Assembly: GCA_016192135.1 (NCBI GenBank)
Contig: JACPUR010000040.1
Span: 3,771 to 67,770, forward strand
Length of the DNA stretch: 64,000 bases
From: Candidatus Tectimicrobiota bacterium
GTDB lineage: Bacteria > UBA8248
Reading direction: 5' to 3'
The notes beneath the pieces are model-generated. The model was not told the origin of the DNA and did no database searches. It worked only from the letters and a program-made list of their open reading frames with translations. Within the stretch, counting starts at the first letter, position 1; each line of letters begins with the position of its first letter. The translations under genes were made by a program, and so were the position numbers. This document shows, in pieces, positions 10,100 through 19,748 of this stretch.

Positions 10100-10579
10100 C
10101 TAGACATAGGTGAGGAGCTTCTTCTCGTCGTAGCGGGCCTTGAGCTCGGGATAATCCCCGGTCCGCTTGACCAGCAGATCCTGCTTCTCGTAGAGGAACT
10201 TGTCCCGGTGGTCCTCGCAGAACTCGTACTCGTTGCCGAGCACGATGGCCCCGACGGGGCAGGCCTCCTCGCAGTAGCCGCAGAAGATGCACCGCAGCTC
10301 GTTGATCTCGTAGATGCTCGCGTAGCGCTCGCCCTTGGAGGTGGGCCGCGCCGGGTCGTTCTCGGCGGACTCGACGAAGATGCAGTCCACCGGGCAGGCG
10401 GCCGAGCAGAGCTTGCAGCCCACGCAGCGCTCGAGGCCGTCCTCCCACCGGAGGAGCTTGTGCAGCCCGCGGTAGCCCTTGGGCATCTCTTCCTTCTCGT
10501 CCGGGTACTGCACCGTCACCCGGCTCTTCCAGGAGTGCTTCAGCGTGACCCAAAGCCCCCGGACGATCTCGCCCAGCAT
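10100..10579 (-). CDS. nuoI: NADH-quinone oxidoreductase subunit I (set 2), 2x[4Fe-4S] ferredoxin-like
   Basis: Two CxxCxxCxxxCP motifs (CVGCKLCSAACP; CIFCGYCEEACP); start at MLGEIVRG with GGAGGG RBS; upstream 55 codons of track ORF rejected. Confidence 0.9.
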   Translation of the reverse strand: MLGEIVRGLWVTLKHSWKSRVTVQYPDEKEEMPKGYRGLHKLLRWEDGLERCVGCKLCSAACPVDCIFVESAENDPARPTSKGERYASIYEINELRCIFCGYCEEACPVGAIVLGNEYEFCEDHRDKFLYEKQDLLVKRTGDYPELKARYDEKKLLTYV

Positions 10580-10617
10580 CTCTTTTCCCTCCGCTTGCCT
10601 CCCTCGGGAGGCGGCGG

Positions 10618-11604
10618 CTAGCCCAGCAGGGCCATCACCCCCGCCGTCGCCACCACGTTCAGGATGGCGAGGGGGAGCAGCACCTTCCAGCCGAACGCCA
10701 TGAGCTGATCGTAGCGCAGCCGGGGGGTGGTGGCCCGCACCCACATGAAGAAGAACATGAAGGCGAACACCTTGAGCAGGAACCAGACGACCGGCGGCAG
10801 GAAGGGCCCCCGCCAGCCGCCCAGGAAGAACGTCGCCGCCACCGCGGAGAGCGTGATCATGCTGCAGTACTCCGCGAGGAAGTACATGGCGAAGTGCATG
10901 CTGCTGTACTCGGTGTGGAACCCGCCCGTCAATTCGCTCTCGGCCTCCGGGAGGTCGAAGGGCGCCCGGTTCGTCTCGGCCAACATGCAGACGAGGAACA
11001 GGAGGAAGCCGAGCGGCTGGAGCAGGATGAAGGGATAATCCGCCTGCGCCTCGACGATGTCCTTGAGGCTCAGGCTCCCCGTGATGAGCACCACCCCCAG
11101 GAGCGACATCCCGAGGCTCAGCTCGTAGCTGATGAGCTGGGCCGCCGAGCGCAGCCCGCCCAGGAGGGGGTACTTGCTGTTCGAGGCCCAGGCCCCGAGC
11201 ACGATCCCGTACACCCCGATGCCCCCCATCGCGAAGATGTAGAGGATGCCCACGTTCACGTCGGCCACGACGAGGTCCACCTGCCGGCCGAAGACCGTGA
11301 CCGAGCTCCCGAAGGGGACGACGGCGATGGCCGCCATGGCGGGCACGAGGGAGAGCAGGGGCGCCAGGACGAAGATCAGCTTGTCCGCCTGGGCGGGGAT
11401 GACCGTTTCCTTGAACATGAGCTTGATGCCGTCCGCGATGGGCTGCAGGAGCCCCGCCGGCCCCACCCGGTTCGGGCCGTAGCGCACCTGCACGAGCGCG
11501 AACACCCGGCGCTCGGCCCAGGTCATGTACGCGGCGATCAGGAGGAGCGCCCCGAAGGCGCCAGCCACCTTGATCAGCATCACGGCGAGGTCGGCCAGGC
11601 TCAT
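10618..11604 (-). CDS. nuoH: NADH-quinone oxidoreductase subunit H (set 2)
   Basis: C-terminal 328 aa of the 1137-aa track ORF; NuoH motifs ([30 protein letters not shown]); ATG overlaps the nuoG stop (ATGA). Confidence 0.9.
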   Translation of the reverse strand: MSLADLAVMLIKVAGAFGALLLIAAYMTWAERRVFALVQVRYGPNRVGPAGLLQPIADGIKLMFKETVIPAQADKLIFVLAPLLSLVPAMAAIAVVPFGSSVTVFGRQVDLVVADVNVGILYIFAMGGIGVYGIVLGAWASNSKYPLLGGLRSAAQLISYELSLGMSLLGVVLITGSLSLKDIVEAQADYPFILLQPLGFLLFLVCMLAETNRAPFDLPEAESELTGGFHTEYSSMHFAMYFLAEYCSMITLSAVAATFFLGGWRGPFLPPVVWFLLKVFAFMFFFMWVRATTPRLRYDQLMAFGWKVLLPLAILNVVATAGVMALLG

Positions 11605-14177
11605 GCGCCCGCTCCCGCCCGGGCCGCGGCCCGGACCTTGACGGTGACGCCGCCCCGGGACCCGCCCGCCTCGATGCCGCCCCGGAGCGCGGCGAGGTAG
11701 CCCTCCGGCGCGAGCGCGAGCCCCACCGGGAGCGAGGCGTCCACCCGGACGGGCAGGCGGTAGGCCCGCCCGCCGAGATCGAGCTCGGCCTCCTCGCCCT
11801 CCCCCGCCCCGACCCGGTCGGCGTCCGGGGGCGAGAGGCGAAGCGCGGCGGGGGGCATGTCCTTGAGGTGATAGGCCGAGGCGGCGTAGCTCCCCGAGAG
11901 CCAGAGCGCCGGCGCCAGCATGAGCCGCAGCCCCTCGGCCGGGGCCGCCGCCGGGGGCAGCGCCGCGGGGCGGAACGCCCCCCCGCGCTCCCGGGCGAGG
12001 TGCACGCCCTCCTCCGGGAGGCGGGCGAAGGCGGCGGCGTACTCCGGCGCGAGCGCGCGCGCCTGGAGGCGGATGCGGTCCAGCGAGGCCGCCTTCATCG
12101 GGGCCTCCATCAGCCGGCTCAGCTCGGCGAAGGCACGCCAGGGCTCCCGCGCCTCGCCCAGGGGCTTGAGGGCCCGGCGCAGCCGCTGCACCCGCCGCTC
12201 GAGGTTGGTCACCGTCCCCTCCTCCTCGTAGAGGGTGGTGGCGGGGAGCACCACGTCGGCGTAGGCCACGCTCGCGTTCTCGTGGGAGGCGTGGAGGACG
12301 ACGAACTCCGCCGCCTCGAGCGCCCGCCGCACCCTCGCGCCGTCGGGATGCTCGGCCGCCGGATCGCACTGGAAGAGGTAGAGGGCCCGGACGCGGCCGT
12401 TGTTCAGCGCGTCCCACATCTGGCCCGAGGCTAGGCCCGGGGTTTCGCTCACGGAGCCGCCCCAGGAGGCCCGGCAGGCCTCGCGGGCGACGGCGTCCGA
12501 GAGGGGCCTGCCGCCCGGCAGGAGGCCGGGGTGGAGGCCCATGTCGAGCGCCCCCTGCAGGTTCGGGCCCTGGGTGGCGAAGAGGAGCCCCGCGTGGAGC
12601 AGGAGCGCGAGGTTGGCCGCCTCGGCGGCCGAGGCCTCGTCGTCCGCGCCGGGGCCGGCCAGCACCGCCGCCCCGCCCTCGGCCCGGAGCGCCTGGGCGG
12701 CCGCCCGGACCTCCGGGGGGTCGAGGTCGGCCTCGCGGCAGAGGGCGCCGAAATCGGCCGAGGCGAGGACCCGCGAGTAAGCCTCGGCGCCCTCGCCCCC
12801 GGGGGCCGCCGCCTCGGAGAGGGCCTTGGCCAGGGCGCGCAGGGCGCGGGCGGTCCCACCCGGCAGGGGGTTCAGGTGCCGGACCCCGGCGAGCCGCAGG
12901 TCGACCCGCCGGGGGTGGACGCTCACCACGGCGGCCCCGGCCCTGGCCGCCTTGCGGATCTGGAGCGCCAGGATGGGATGCTCCTCGAAAGGATCGCTCC
13001 CCACGAGGAGGATGGCCTTGGAGCGGCCCAGGTCCTCGATGCGCCCCAGCCCCCCGATGGCGCCGAAGGCGGCGAGCTGGGCCTCGGTCTGGGCCAGGTC
13101 GCGGGGGTGGACGCGGCAGTCCACGTTGTTGCTCCCGAGCGCGTCGCGGAAGAAGGCGCCGAACTGGAAGGCGGACTCGTTCGTGGCCCAGGCGCCGCCC
13201 AGCCCGGCCACGGCGGAGCCGCCCCCCTCGGAGCGGACGGCGTTCAGCCGCCGGGCGACGGCGCCCAGGGCCTCGGCCCAGGAGCACGGCTCGAGGCGCT
13301 CCCCGCGCCGGATCATCGGGCGCAGGATGCGCTCGGCGGCGTGTGCCCCGCTCCAGCCGTAGCGCCCCACGTCGCAGATCCACGAGTCGTTCACCTGGGG
13401 ATTCTCCGCCCCCGTCACGCGCTTGAGCTCGGTCCCCATGCGCCAGACGCGCTGGCGGCAGCCGACGCTGCACAGCGTGCAGGGGCCGGCGACGTGGCTC
13501 ATCTCCCAGACGCGGGCGGTGAAGCGGTACTTGTTGTCGGTCAGGGCGCCCACGGGGCAGATGTCGATGACGTTGCCCGAGACGATGCTGGTCAGGGGCA
13601 GGTCCTCGAAGACGCCCACCTCGGTGCGGTCGCCCCGGTGGGCCCAGCCGAATTCGCCTCCGCCGTCGATCTCGTGGCTGAAGCGGATGCACCGGGTGCA
13701 GTGCACGCAGCGGTTCATCTCGGGCTTGACGTAGGCGCTGATCTCCTTGCGCGGGTAGATGCGCCGCAGCTCGTGGGTGCGGCTGACGGGCTTGCCGTAG
13801 GCCATGGTCTGGTCCTGGAGGGGGCATTCCCCCCCCTGGTCGCAGACCGGGCAGTCGAGGGGATGGTTCTTGAGGAGGAACTCGAACACCCCCTCCTGGG
13901 CCTCCTTGACCCGGCGCGTCAGGGCGCTCACCACCATCCCCGGCGCGGCCGGGGTGGCGCAGGAGGGCTGGAGCTTGGGGATGGGCTTGCCGTTCCCCGC
14001 GTCGAGCACCTCGACCAGGCAGGCGCGGCACTGCCCCACCACCGAGAGGTAGCGGTGGTAGCAGAAGTGGGGGATGTGGATCCCGCGCCTGAGCGCCGCC
14101 TCCAGGATGGGCTCGCCCTTGCGGGCGCTGAGCGCCTGCCCGTCTAGGGTGAAGGTGATCTCCGGTTCCGCCATCAC
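11601..14177 (-). CDS. nuoG: NADH-quinone oxidoreductase subunit G (set 2), 75-kDa Fe-S subunit with Ala/Arg/Gly-rich C-terminal extension
   Basis: 2Fe-2S and 4Fe-4S cysteine patterns (CYHRYLSVVGQCRAC, CPVCDQGGEC, CVHCTRCIRF), molybdopterin-like domain; 858 aa. Confidence 0.95.
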   Translation of the reverse strand: MMAEPEITFTLDGQALSARKGEPILEAALRRGIHIPHFCYHRYLSVVGQCRACLVEVLDAGNGKPIPKLQPSCATPAAPGMVVSALTRRVKEAQEGVFEFLLKNHPLDCPVCDQGGECPLQDQTMAYGKPVSRTHELRRIYPRKEISAYVKPEMNRCVHCTRCIRFSHEIDGGGEFGWAHRGDRTEVGVFEDLPLTSIVSGNVIDICPVGALTDNKYRFTARVWEMSHVAGPCTLCSVGCRQRVWRMGTELKRVTGAENPQVNDSWICDVGRYGWSGAHAAERILRPMIRRGERLEPCSWAEALGAVARRLNAVRSEGGGSAVAGLGGAWATNESAFQFGAFFRDALGSNNVDCRVHPRDLAQTEAQLAAFGAIGGLGRIEDLGRSKAILLVGSDPFEEHPILALQIRKAARAGAAVVSVHPRRVDLRLAGVRHLNPLPGGTARALRALAKALSEAAAPGGEGAEAYSRVLASADFGALCREADLDPPEVRAAAQALRAEGGAAVLAGPGADDEASAAEAANLALLLHAGLLFATQGPNLQGALDMGLHPGLLPGGRPLSDAVAREACRASWGGSVSETPGLASGQMWDALNNGRVRALYLFQCDPAAEHPDGARVRRALEAAEFVVLHASHENASVAYADVVLPATTLYEEEGTVTNLERRVQRLRRALKPLGEAREPWRAFAELSRLMEAPMKAASLDRIRLQARALAPEYAAAFARLPEEGVHLARERGGAFRPAALPPAAAPAEGLRLMLAPALWLSGSYAASAYHLKDMPPAALRLSPPDADRVGAGEGEEAELDLGGRAYRLPVRVDASLPVGLALAPEGYLAALRGGIEAGGSRGGVTVKVRAAARAGAGA

Positions 14178-14196
14178 TCCGCCTTTCGCTCCCGCC

Positions 14197-15495
14197 TCAT
14201 CCCGGGTAGGGGCTGCCGAGCGGGCAGCGGCCCTCCGCGACGTGGGCCTCGAACTCGCCGTGGAACTTCTTGAGGAAGGCGCCGAACATCATGGCGCAGG
14301 CGTCCGAGAGGACGCAGATCGTGTTGCCCCGCATGTTGGGGTCGATGGAGGCCAGGGTGGCGAGGTCGTCCGCCCGGCCCCCGCCCGCCTCCATCCGGTT
14401 GAGGATCTCCGAGACCCAGCCCGTGCCCTCGCGGCACACCGAGCACTGCCCGCAGGACTCGTGCTCGAAGAAGCGCGCGAGCCGCCCGGCCGCCTGCACC
14501 ATGCAGGCCGTCTCGTCCATCACGATGACGCCGCCGCTCCCGCCCATGCTCCCGGCGCGGGCCAGGGCGTCGAAGTCCATCTTCACCTTGCCCTCGATGA
14601 CCTCCTGGGCCGTGAGCACGGGGGCGCTCGCGCCGCCCGGGATGACGGCCTTGAGGCCCTTGCCGTTCCGCATGCCCCCCGCGTGCCCGAAGATGATCTC
14701 CTCGCAGGTGAGGCCCAGGGGGAGCTCGTAGAGGCCCGGCTTCTTCACGTGGCCGGAGACGCAGTACATGCGGGTGCCCGTGTTCTTCTCGTCGATGCCG
14801 ATCCCGGCGAACCACTCGGCCCCTTTGTTCACGATGTGGGGGAGGTTCGAGAGGGTCTCGACGTTGTTGATGACGGTGGGCTTCCCGTAGAGCCCCACCA
14901 CGGCCGGGAAGGGGGGCTTGAGCCTCGGGTGGCCCCGCTTGCCCTCGAGGGACTCGAGCAGGCCCGTCTCCTCCCCGCAGATGTAGGCTCCGGCCCCCCG
15001 GTGGGTGTAGATGTCGCAGCCGAAGCCGCTCCCCAGGATGTTCTCCCCGATGTAGCCCTTGGCGTAGGCCTCGCCCAGCGCCCGCTCGACCGAGCGCCAG
15101 GGGGCGTCGAACTCCCCCCGGATGTAGATGTAGGCCTTGGCGATGCCCACCGCGTAGCAGGCGATGAGGATGCCCTCGATGAGCTGGTGGGGATCGCGGA
15201 TCATCAGCTCGCGGTCCTTGAAGGTGCCGGGCTCGCCCTCGTCCCCGTTCACCGCCAGGTACTTAGGGTTCAGGTTCTGGGGCACGAAGCTCCACTTGAG
15301 CCCGCAGGGGAAGCCCGCCCCGCCCCGGCCCCTGAGCCCCGACGCCTTGACCAGCTCGATGACGTCCTTGGGCTCCATCTTGCCCAGGATCTTGCGGACG
15401 GCCTGGTAGCCCCCCGTCGCCTCGTAGCCGGCGAGGGTGAGCGCCTCGGGGTCCCCGAAGCGCGAGGTCACGATCTTCTCGTAGCGGATCGCCAT
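14197..15495 (-). CDS. nuoF: NADH-quinone oxidoreductase subunit F (set 2)
   Basis: 51-kDa subunit motifs (GRGGAGFPCGLKW, YICGEETGLLESLEGKRG, ESCGQCSVCREG); start at MAIRYEK. Confidence 0.95.
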   Translation of the reverse strand: MAIRYEKIVTSRFGDPEALTLAGYEATGGYQAVRKILGKMEPKDVIELVKASGLRGRGGAGFPCGLKWSFVPQNLNPKYLAVNGDEGEPGTFKDRELMIRDPHQLIEGILIACYAVGIAKAYIYIRGEFDAPWRSVERALGEAYAKGYIGENILGSGFGCDIYTHRGAGAYICGEETGLLESLEGKRGHPRLKPPFPAVVGLYGKPTVINNVETLSNLPHIVNKGAEWFAGIGIDEKNTGTRMYCVSGHVKKPGLYELPLGLTCEEIIFGHAGGMRNGKGLKAVIPGGASAPVLTAQEVIEGKVKMDFDALARAGSMGGSGGVIVMDETACMVQAAGRLARFFEHESCGQCSVCREGTGWVSEILNRMEAGGGRADDLATLASIDPNMRGNTICVLSDACAMMFGAFLKKFHGEFEAHVAEGRCPLGSPYPG

Positions 15496-15520
15496 TTTTC
15501 CGCTTTCCCCGCCCCCGGCC

Positions 15521-16120
15521 TCAGCCGGCGGCCTTCTCACGCGCGGCGCCGGCGCCCTCGCGCGGCGGCGCGGCCTCGTCCGCCCCGACGGGGGAGACCG
15601 GCTCGCCCTTCTCCAGCGCGGCCACGAGCTCGTCCACCAGGGCGGGGGTGACGTGCTCGAAGTAGTCCTCGTTGATCTGGAGGCAGGGCGCCCCGCCGCA
15701 CGCCCCCAGGCACTCGACCCGCTCGACGGAGAACTTCCCGTCGGCCCGGGTGTGGCCCGCGCGGCAGCCCAGCCGCCGCTCCAGGTGGCGCAGGATGCCC
15801 GCCGCCCCCAGCAAGGCGCAGGAGAGGTTGTCGCACACCATGAAGTGGTGCTTCCCGACGGGCTTGGTCTTGAGCATGGTGTAGAAGCTCACCACGCCCC
15901 AGACGTCCATCGGGGAGAGCTCGAAGAGCGAGGCCACGTGCTGCATGACGGCGCTCGTGATGTGGCCCGCCTGCTTCTGCGCCAGGTGCAGCGCCGGGAT
16001 GAGGGCCGAGCGCTTCTGCGGGTACTTGGCGAGGATGCGGTCGAGCTCGGCCCGGTTCTCGGGCGTGAACTCGAACCGCTCCTCCCTCGGGGAGTGCGGG
16101 AACCGCGCGCCTAGCGCCAT
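15521..16120 (-). CDS. nuoE: NADH-quinone oxidoreductase subunit E (set 2)
   Basis: 24-kDa subunit 2Fe-2S cysteines (MVCDNLSC...CLGACGGAPC); 199 aa with C-terminal tail. Confidence 0.95.
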   Translation of the reverse strand: MALGARFPHSPREERFEFTPENRAELDRILAKYPQKRSALIPALHLAQKQAGHITSAVMQHVASLFELSPMDVWGVVSFYTMLKTKPVGKHHFMVCDNLSCALLGAAGILRHLERRLGCRAGHTRADGKFSVERVECLGACGGAPCLQINEDYFEHVTPALVDELVAALEKGEPVSPVGADEAAPPREGAGAAREKAAG

Positions 16121-16139
16121 CTCGTTCCTTTCCTGATCC

Positions 16140-17360
16140 TCACCGGTCGATCTCGCCCAGGACGATGTCGAGGCTTCCGATGGCGGCCACGACGTCCCCC
16201 ACGAGCGACCCCCGGACGATCTCCGGGAGCGCGAACAGGTTCGAGAAGCTCGGGGCCCGCACCTTCACCTTGTAGGGCTTGGGGCTCCCGTCGCTGATGA
16301 TGTAGTAGCCCAGCTCCCCCCGTGGCGACTCGATGACCTGGTACACCTCGCCCGCCGGGACGTGATAGCCCTCGGTGAATATCTTGAAGTGGTGGATGAG
16401 CGCTTCCATGTCGTAGGCGAGCTGCTCCTTGGGGGGGGGCACCACCTTGCGGTCGTCCGACATGAGCGGCCCCTCGGGCATCCCGTCGAGGGCCTGCATG
16501 CAGATGCGGTGGGACTGGCGCATCTCGGCGATGCGCACCCGGTAGCGGTCCAGCACGTCGCCGTTGCGCCCGAGCGGCACCTCGAAGTCGAACTCCTCGT
16601 AGCCGCAGTAGGGCTCGCGCTTGCGGATGTCGTAGTCCACCCCGCTGGCCCGGAGGCAGGGCCCGGTGATGCCCCAGGCGACCGCCGCCTCGCCCGAGAT
16701 GGGGCAGACGCCCTCGGTCCGCCGGCGGTAGATGGGGTTGTCGGTCAGCAGTTCCTCGTACTCGTCCACCCGATCGGGGAAGGTGGAGAGGAAGCGCCGG
16801 CAGTCGTCGAAGAACTCGGGGTAGGGCTTGCGCGCCACCCCGCCGACGCGGAAGTAGCTGGTCATCATCCTGACCCCCGAGACCTTCTCGAAGATCTTGA
16901 GGATGACCTCGCGCTCCCGGAAGCAGTAGAGGAAGACCGTCATGGCGCCCAGGTCCAGGCCGTGGGTGCCCAGCCAGACCAGGTGGCTCTGGATGCGGGT
17001 CAGCTCGGTGAGCAGCACCCGGAGCCAGCGGCACCGCCGGGGGACCTCCATGCCGAGGAGCCTCTCCACCGCGAGGACGTAGCCCAGGTTGTTCGACAGG
17101 GGCGCCAGGTAGTCCATGCGGTCTGTCATCGGGAGGGCCTTGTTGTAGGTCTTGACCTCCATGTTCTTCTCGATGCCGGTGTGGAGGTAGCCGATGACGG
17201 GCTTGCAGGAGATGGCGGTTTCCCCCTCCATCTCGAGCACGAGGCGCAGCACGCCGTGGGTGCTCGGGTGTTGGGGCCCCATGTTGAGGGTGAGGGACTC
17301 GGTGCGGATCGGGCCCAGGAGATCCGAGTCGAGCGGCGATCTTCGGGTTTCCTGCGCCAT
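16140..17360 (-). CDS. nuoD: NADH-quinone oxidoreductase subunit D (set 2)
   Basis: MGPQHPSTHGVLRLVLE...DIVLGEIDR; start at MAQETRRS (frame-consistent Met 80 of track ORF). Confidence 0.95.
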   Translation of the reverse strand: MAQETRRSPLDSDLLGPIRTESLTLNMGPQHPSTHGVLRLVLEMEGETAISCKPVIGYLHTGIEKNMEVKTYNKALPMTDRMDYLAPLSNNLGYVLAVERLLGMEVPRRCRWLRVLLTELTRIQSHLVWLGTHGLDLGAMTVFLYCFREREVILKIFEKVSGVRMMTSYFRVGGVARKPYPEFFDDCRRFLSTFPDRVDEYEELLTDNPIYRRRTEGVCPISGEAAVAWGITGPCLRASGVDYDIRKREPYCGYEEFDFEVPLGRNGDVLDRYRVRIAEMRQSHRICMQALDGMPEGPLMSDDRKVVPPPKEQLAYDMEALIHHFKIFTEGYHVPAGEVYQVIESPRGELGYYIISDGSPKPYKVKVRAPSFSNLFALPEIVRGSLVGDVVAAIGSLDIVLGEIDR

Positions 17361-17395
17361 GACGGCTCCCGCGCCGGGCCCTGAAGGGGCGGCGC

Positions 17396-17953
17396 TTACT
17401 CCTTGGCCTCGGGCTTCCCCTTCGGCGTCTCGCGGAAGGTGAACTCCACCGGCTCGGCCGAGACGTCGAAATCCTTGCGGTGCGGATGCCCCTCCATCCC
17501 CTCGGGCGTCAGGATGCGCTGGAGGTCCGGGTGGCCGTCGAAGACGATCCCCACCAGGTCGTAGGCCTCCGCCTCGTGGCTGGCCGCGCCGGGCCACACG
17601 GAGGCCACGCTCGGCAGGCGGGGCTCGAGATCGTCCTCGCAGGGCACGTCGAGCCGGAGGCGCTTGGCCCGGGCCATGTCCAGGAGGGCGTAGCTCGCCT
17701 TGAAGCGGTGCTCCGCCGGCAGCTCCAGCCGGTCCACCCCGGCCACGTAGCTCAGCAGCTTGAAGCCCCGCTCGTCCCGCGGGAAGCGCGCCGCCTCCGG
17801 CAGGGCCGAGGAGGCGAGCTCGACCGCGATCTGCCCGCGGTGCTCCCGGGCGGCGAGGACCGCTCCGCCGAAGCGGGCGCGCAGGGCCTGCACGTCCGGG
17901 TCCGCATCCTCAGGACGGGCGGCCTGGGCGGATTCCTGGGTTTCCTCGATCAC
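17396..17953 (-). CDS. nuoC: NADH-quinone oxidoreductase subunit C (set 2)
   Basis: 185 aa 30-kDa subunit (AYDLVGIVFDGHPDLQRILTPEG); GTG start. Confidence 0.9.
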   Translation of the reverse strand: MIEETQESAQAARPEDADPDVQALRARFGGAVLAAREHRGQIAVELASSALPEAARFPRDERGFKLLSYVAGVDRLELPAEHRFKASYALLDMARAKRLRLDVPCEDDLEPRLPSVASVWPGAASHEAEAYDLVGIVFDGHPDLQRILTPEGMEGHPHRKDFDVSAEPVEFTFRETPKGKPEAKE

Positions 17954-18036
17954 TCGGTGTTCCCTTTTTTCGGGTCACCCCTCTCCCGGCCGGGCCGCGG
18001 CCCCGGGGGAGCCGCGGAAAGAGAGGGTGTTCCGTC

Positions 18037-18534
18037 TCAGGCCTGGGAGGCGGGCGCGCGATCCCGGTACAGGCCCTCGGCCTCGATCTTCTTCTGGAGC
18101 TTCAGGATCCCGTCGATCAGCGTCTCGGGCCGGGGGGGGCAGCCCGGCACGTAGATGTCCACCGGGACCACCTCGTCCACCCCCTGCACCAGGGCGTAGT
18201 TGTTGAAGACGCCCCCGGTCGAAGCGCAGGCGCCCATCGAGATGACCCACTTGGGCTCCGGCATCTGGTCGTAGATCTGGCGAAGGACCGGGGCCATCTT
18301 CCGCGACACCCGCCCGGCCACGATCATCAGGTCCGCCTGGCGCGGCGAGGCGCGGAAGACCTCGGCCCCGAAGCGGGAGATGTCGTACTTGGCGGCCGAG
18401 GTGGACATCATCTCGATGGCGCAGCAGGCCAGCCCAAAGAGGGCGGGCCAGATGCTGTTCTTCCGGGCCCACTTGATCACGTCGGCGGCCTTGCCCAGGA
18501 CCACCTGCCCCTCGAGTTTCTCCTCTAATCCCAT
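18037..18534 (-). CDS. nuoB: NADH-quinone oxidoreductase subunit B (set 2)
   Basis: [28 protein letters not shown]; start MGLEEKLEG (frame-consistent). Confidence 0.9.
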   Translation of the reverse strand: MGLEEKLEGQVVLGKAADVIKWARKNSIWPALFGLACCAIEMMSTSAAKYDISRFGAEVFRASPRQADLMIVAGRVSRKMAPVLRQIYDQMPEPKWVISMGACASTGGVFNNYALVQGVDEVVPVDIYVPGCPPRPETLIDGILKLQKKIEAEGLYRDRAPASQA

Positions 18535-18896
18535 TCCAGGGCTCCCCGTTTCCATTCGTAGACGAGGCTGGCCACCAGGAGGCCCATGAAAGGCAGCATG
18601 ACGGCGAACCCGTAGAGCCCGAGGTCCCGGAACGCGACCGCCCACGGATAGAGGAAGACCGTCTCCACATCGAAGACGATGAAGAGAATGGCCACCAGGA
18701 AGAACTTGACGGAAAAGCGCCCCCGCGCGCTCGTCTGGGGGACGATCCCGCACTCGTAGGCCGCCGCTTTTTTCGCCGTCGGGCGCCGCTTCCCGAAGAG
18801 GAAGGTTATGGCCAGGGTCACCAGGCCGAAGCCCCCCGCCAGGACGAGAAGGGCGAGGATGGGCACGTATTCGCGGGGCAAGATCAGCCTCCACAA
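18525..18896 (-). CDS. nuoA: NADH-quinone oxidoreductase subunit A (set 2)
   Basis: 123 aa, 3 TM, YECGIVP...[11 protein letters not shown]; overlaps nuoB start. Confidence 0.9.
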   Translation of the reverse strand: MWRLILPREYVPILALLVLAGGFGLVTLAITFLFGKRRPTAKKAAAYECGIVPQTSARGRFSVKFFLVAILFIVFDVETVFLYPWAVAFRDLGLYGFAVMLPFMGLLVASLVYEWKRGALEWD

Positions 18897-18956
18897 GGAC
18901 CAGGGGGCGCGCGCCCGCCGGTCAAGATAAGCGGGGGCCGCCCGCAGTCTTGAATC

Positions 18957-18986
18957 ATATTAGGGTGGGGGTGCGGCGGGTGTCAA
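18957..18986 (-). promoter_or_regulatory. Putative sigma70 promoter of the 14-gene nuo operon (minus strand: -35 TTGACA, 18 nt, -10 TAATAT)
   Basis: Near-consensus hexamers 60-90 nt upstream of nuoA2 in the 137-bp spacer after the TPR gene. Confidence 0.45.
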
Positions 18987-19033
18987 GGAATCCCCGGTCC
19001 GGAATACCGGTTTCTTTCACTTCCCGGGCCGGG

Positions 19034-19684
19034 TCAGAGCTTCTTCCGGGACTCCGCGAGCGCCCGCTCGATGGCCTCGATGTAGCGGGCGGCGGCCTCG
19101 GAGTGCGGGAGCACCACCAGGGTCTTCCGGAAGGCCGAGATGGCCCCCTCCCAGTCCCTGAGGCCGACGTAGTTGAGGCCCAGGCCGAAGAGGGCGCCGA
19201 AGTGGTGGGGGTTCAAGGCCAGGGTCTTCTCGCAATCCGCCACGGACTCCCGGTAGCGCTTGGCCATGTAGAGGGCGGTCGCCCGCTTGTTCCACCCCTC
19301 GGCGAAGTTGGGCTTGAGTTCAATCATTTCCGAAAAGGTCTCGACCGCCTTCTCCGGGAGGCCCTGCTCCATCCACACCACCCCGCGCCGCATCAGGGCG
19401 TCCACCTCGGGGTCGCCCGAGCGCATCCAGATGGCCCAGAGCGCGTCGTGGGCGGCGTCGCGGACCCCGGCGTCCTCGTCCTTGAGGAGGGCGGCCAGCG
19501 GGGCCGAATGGCGCATCCTCCCCGTCTCCCCCAGCTTCTGGACGGCCTCGATGCGCTCCCCGGCCGCCCGGCTCCTGAGGCGGGGGAGGAGGTCATCCGC
19601 TGGGGCGGCCCCCGCCCCCGGGGCGGAGCCCGGCAGGGCCAGCGCGGCCGCCAGCAGAAAAGCCCGGATTCCCCGCGGCGCCAT
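19034..19684 (-). CDS. Secreted TPR-repeat protein (signal peptide plus tetratricopeptide repeats)
   Basis: N-terminal AFLLAAALALPGSAPGAGA signal; TPR-like W/LG/Y/A/F/A/P periodicity (ALYMAKRYRESVADCEKTLALNPHH...). Confidence 0.7.
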   Translation of the reverse strand: MAPRGIRAFLLAAALALPGSAPGAGAAPADDLLPRLRSRAAGERIEAVQKLGETGRMRHSAPLAALLKDEDAGVRDAAHDALWAIWMRSGDPEVDALMRRGVVWMEQGLPEKAVETFSEMIELKPNFAEGWNKRATALYMAKRYRESVADCEKTLALNPHHFGALFGLGLNYVGLRDWEGAISAFRKTLVVLPHSEAAARYIEAIERALAESRKKL

Positions 19685-19748
19685 GGGTTTTCCCTCCCTT
19701 CCCTTTTCCTCTTTACCTTGGGAACACCCAGCCCCGGCCGGATGTTCC

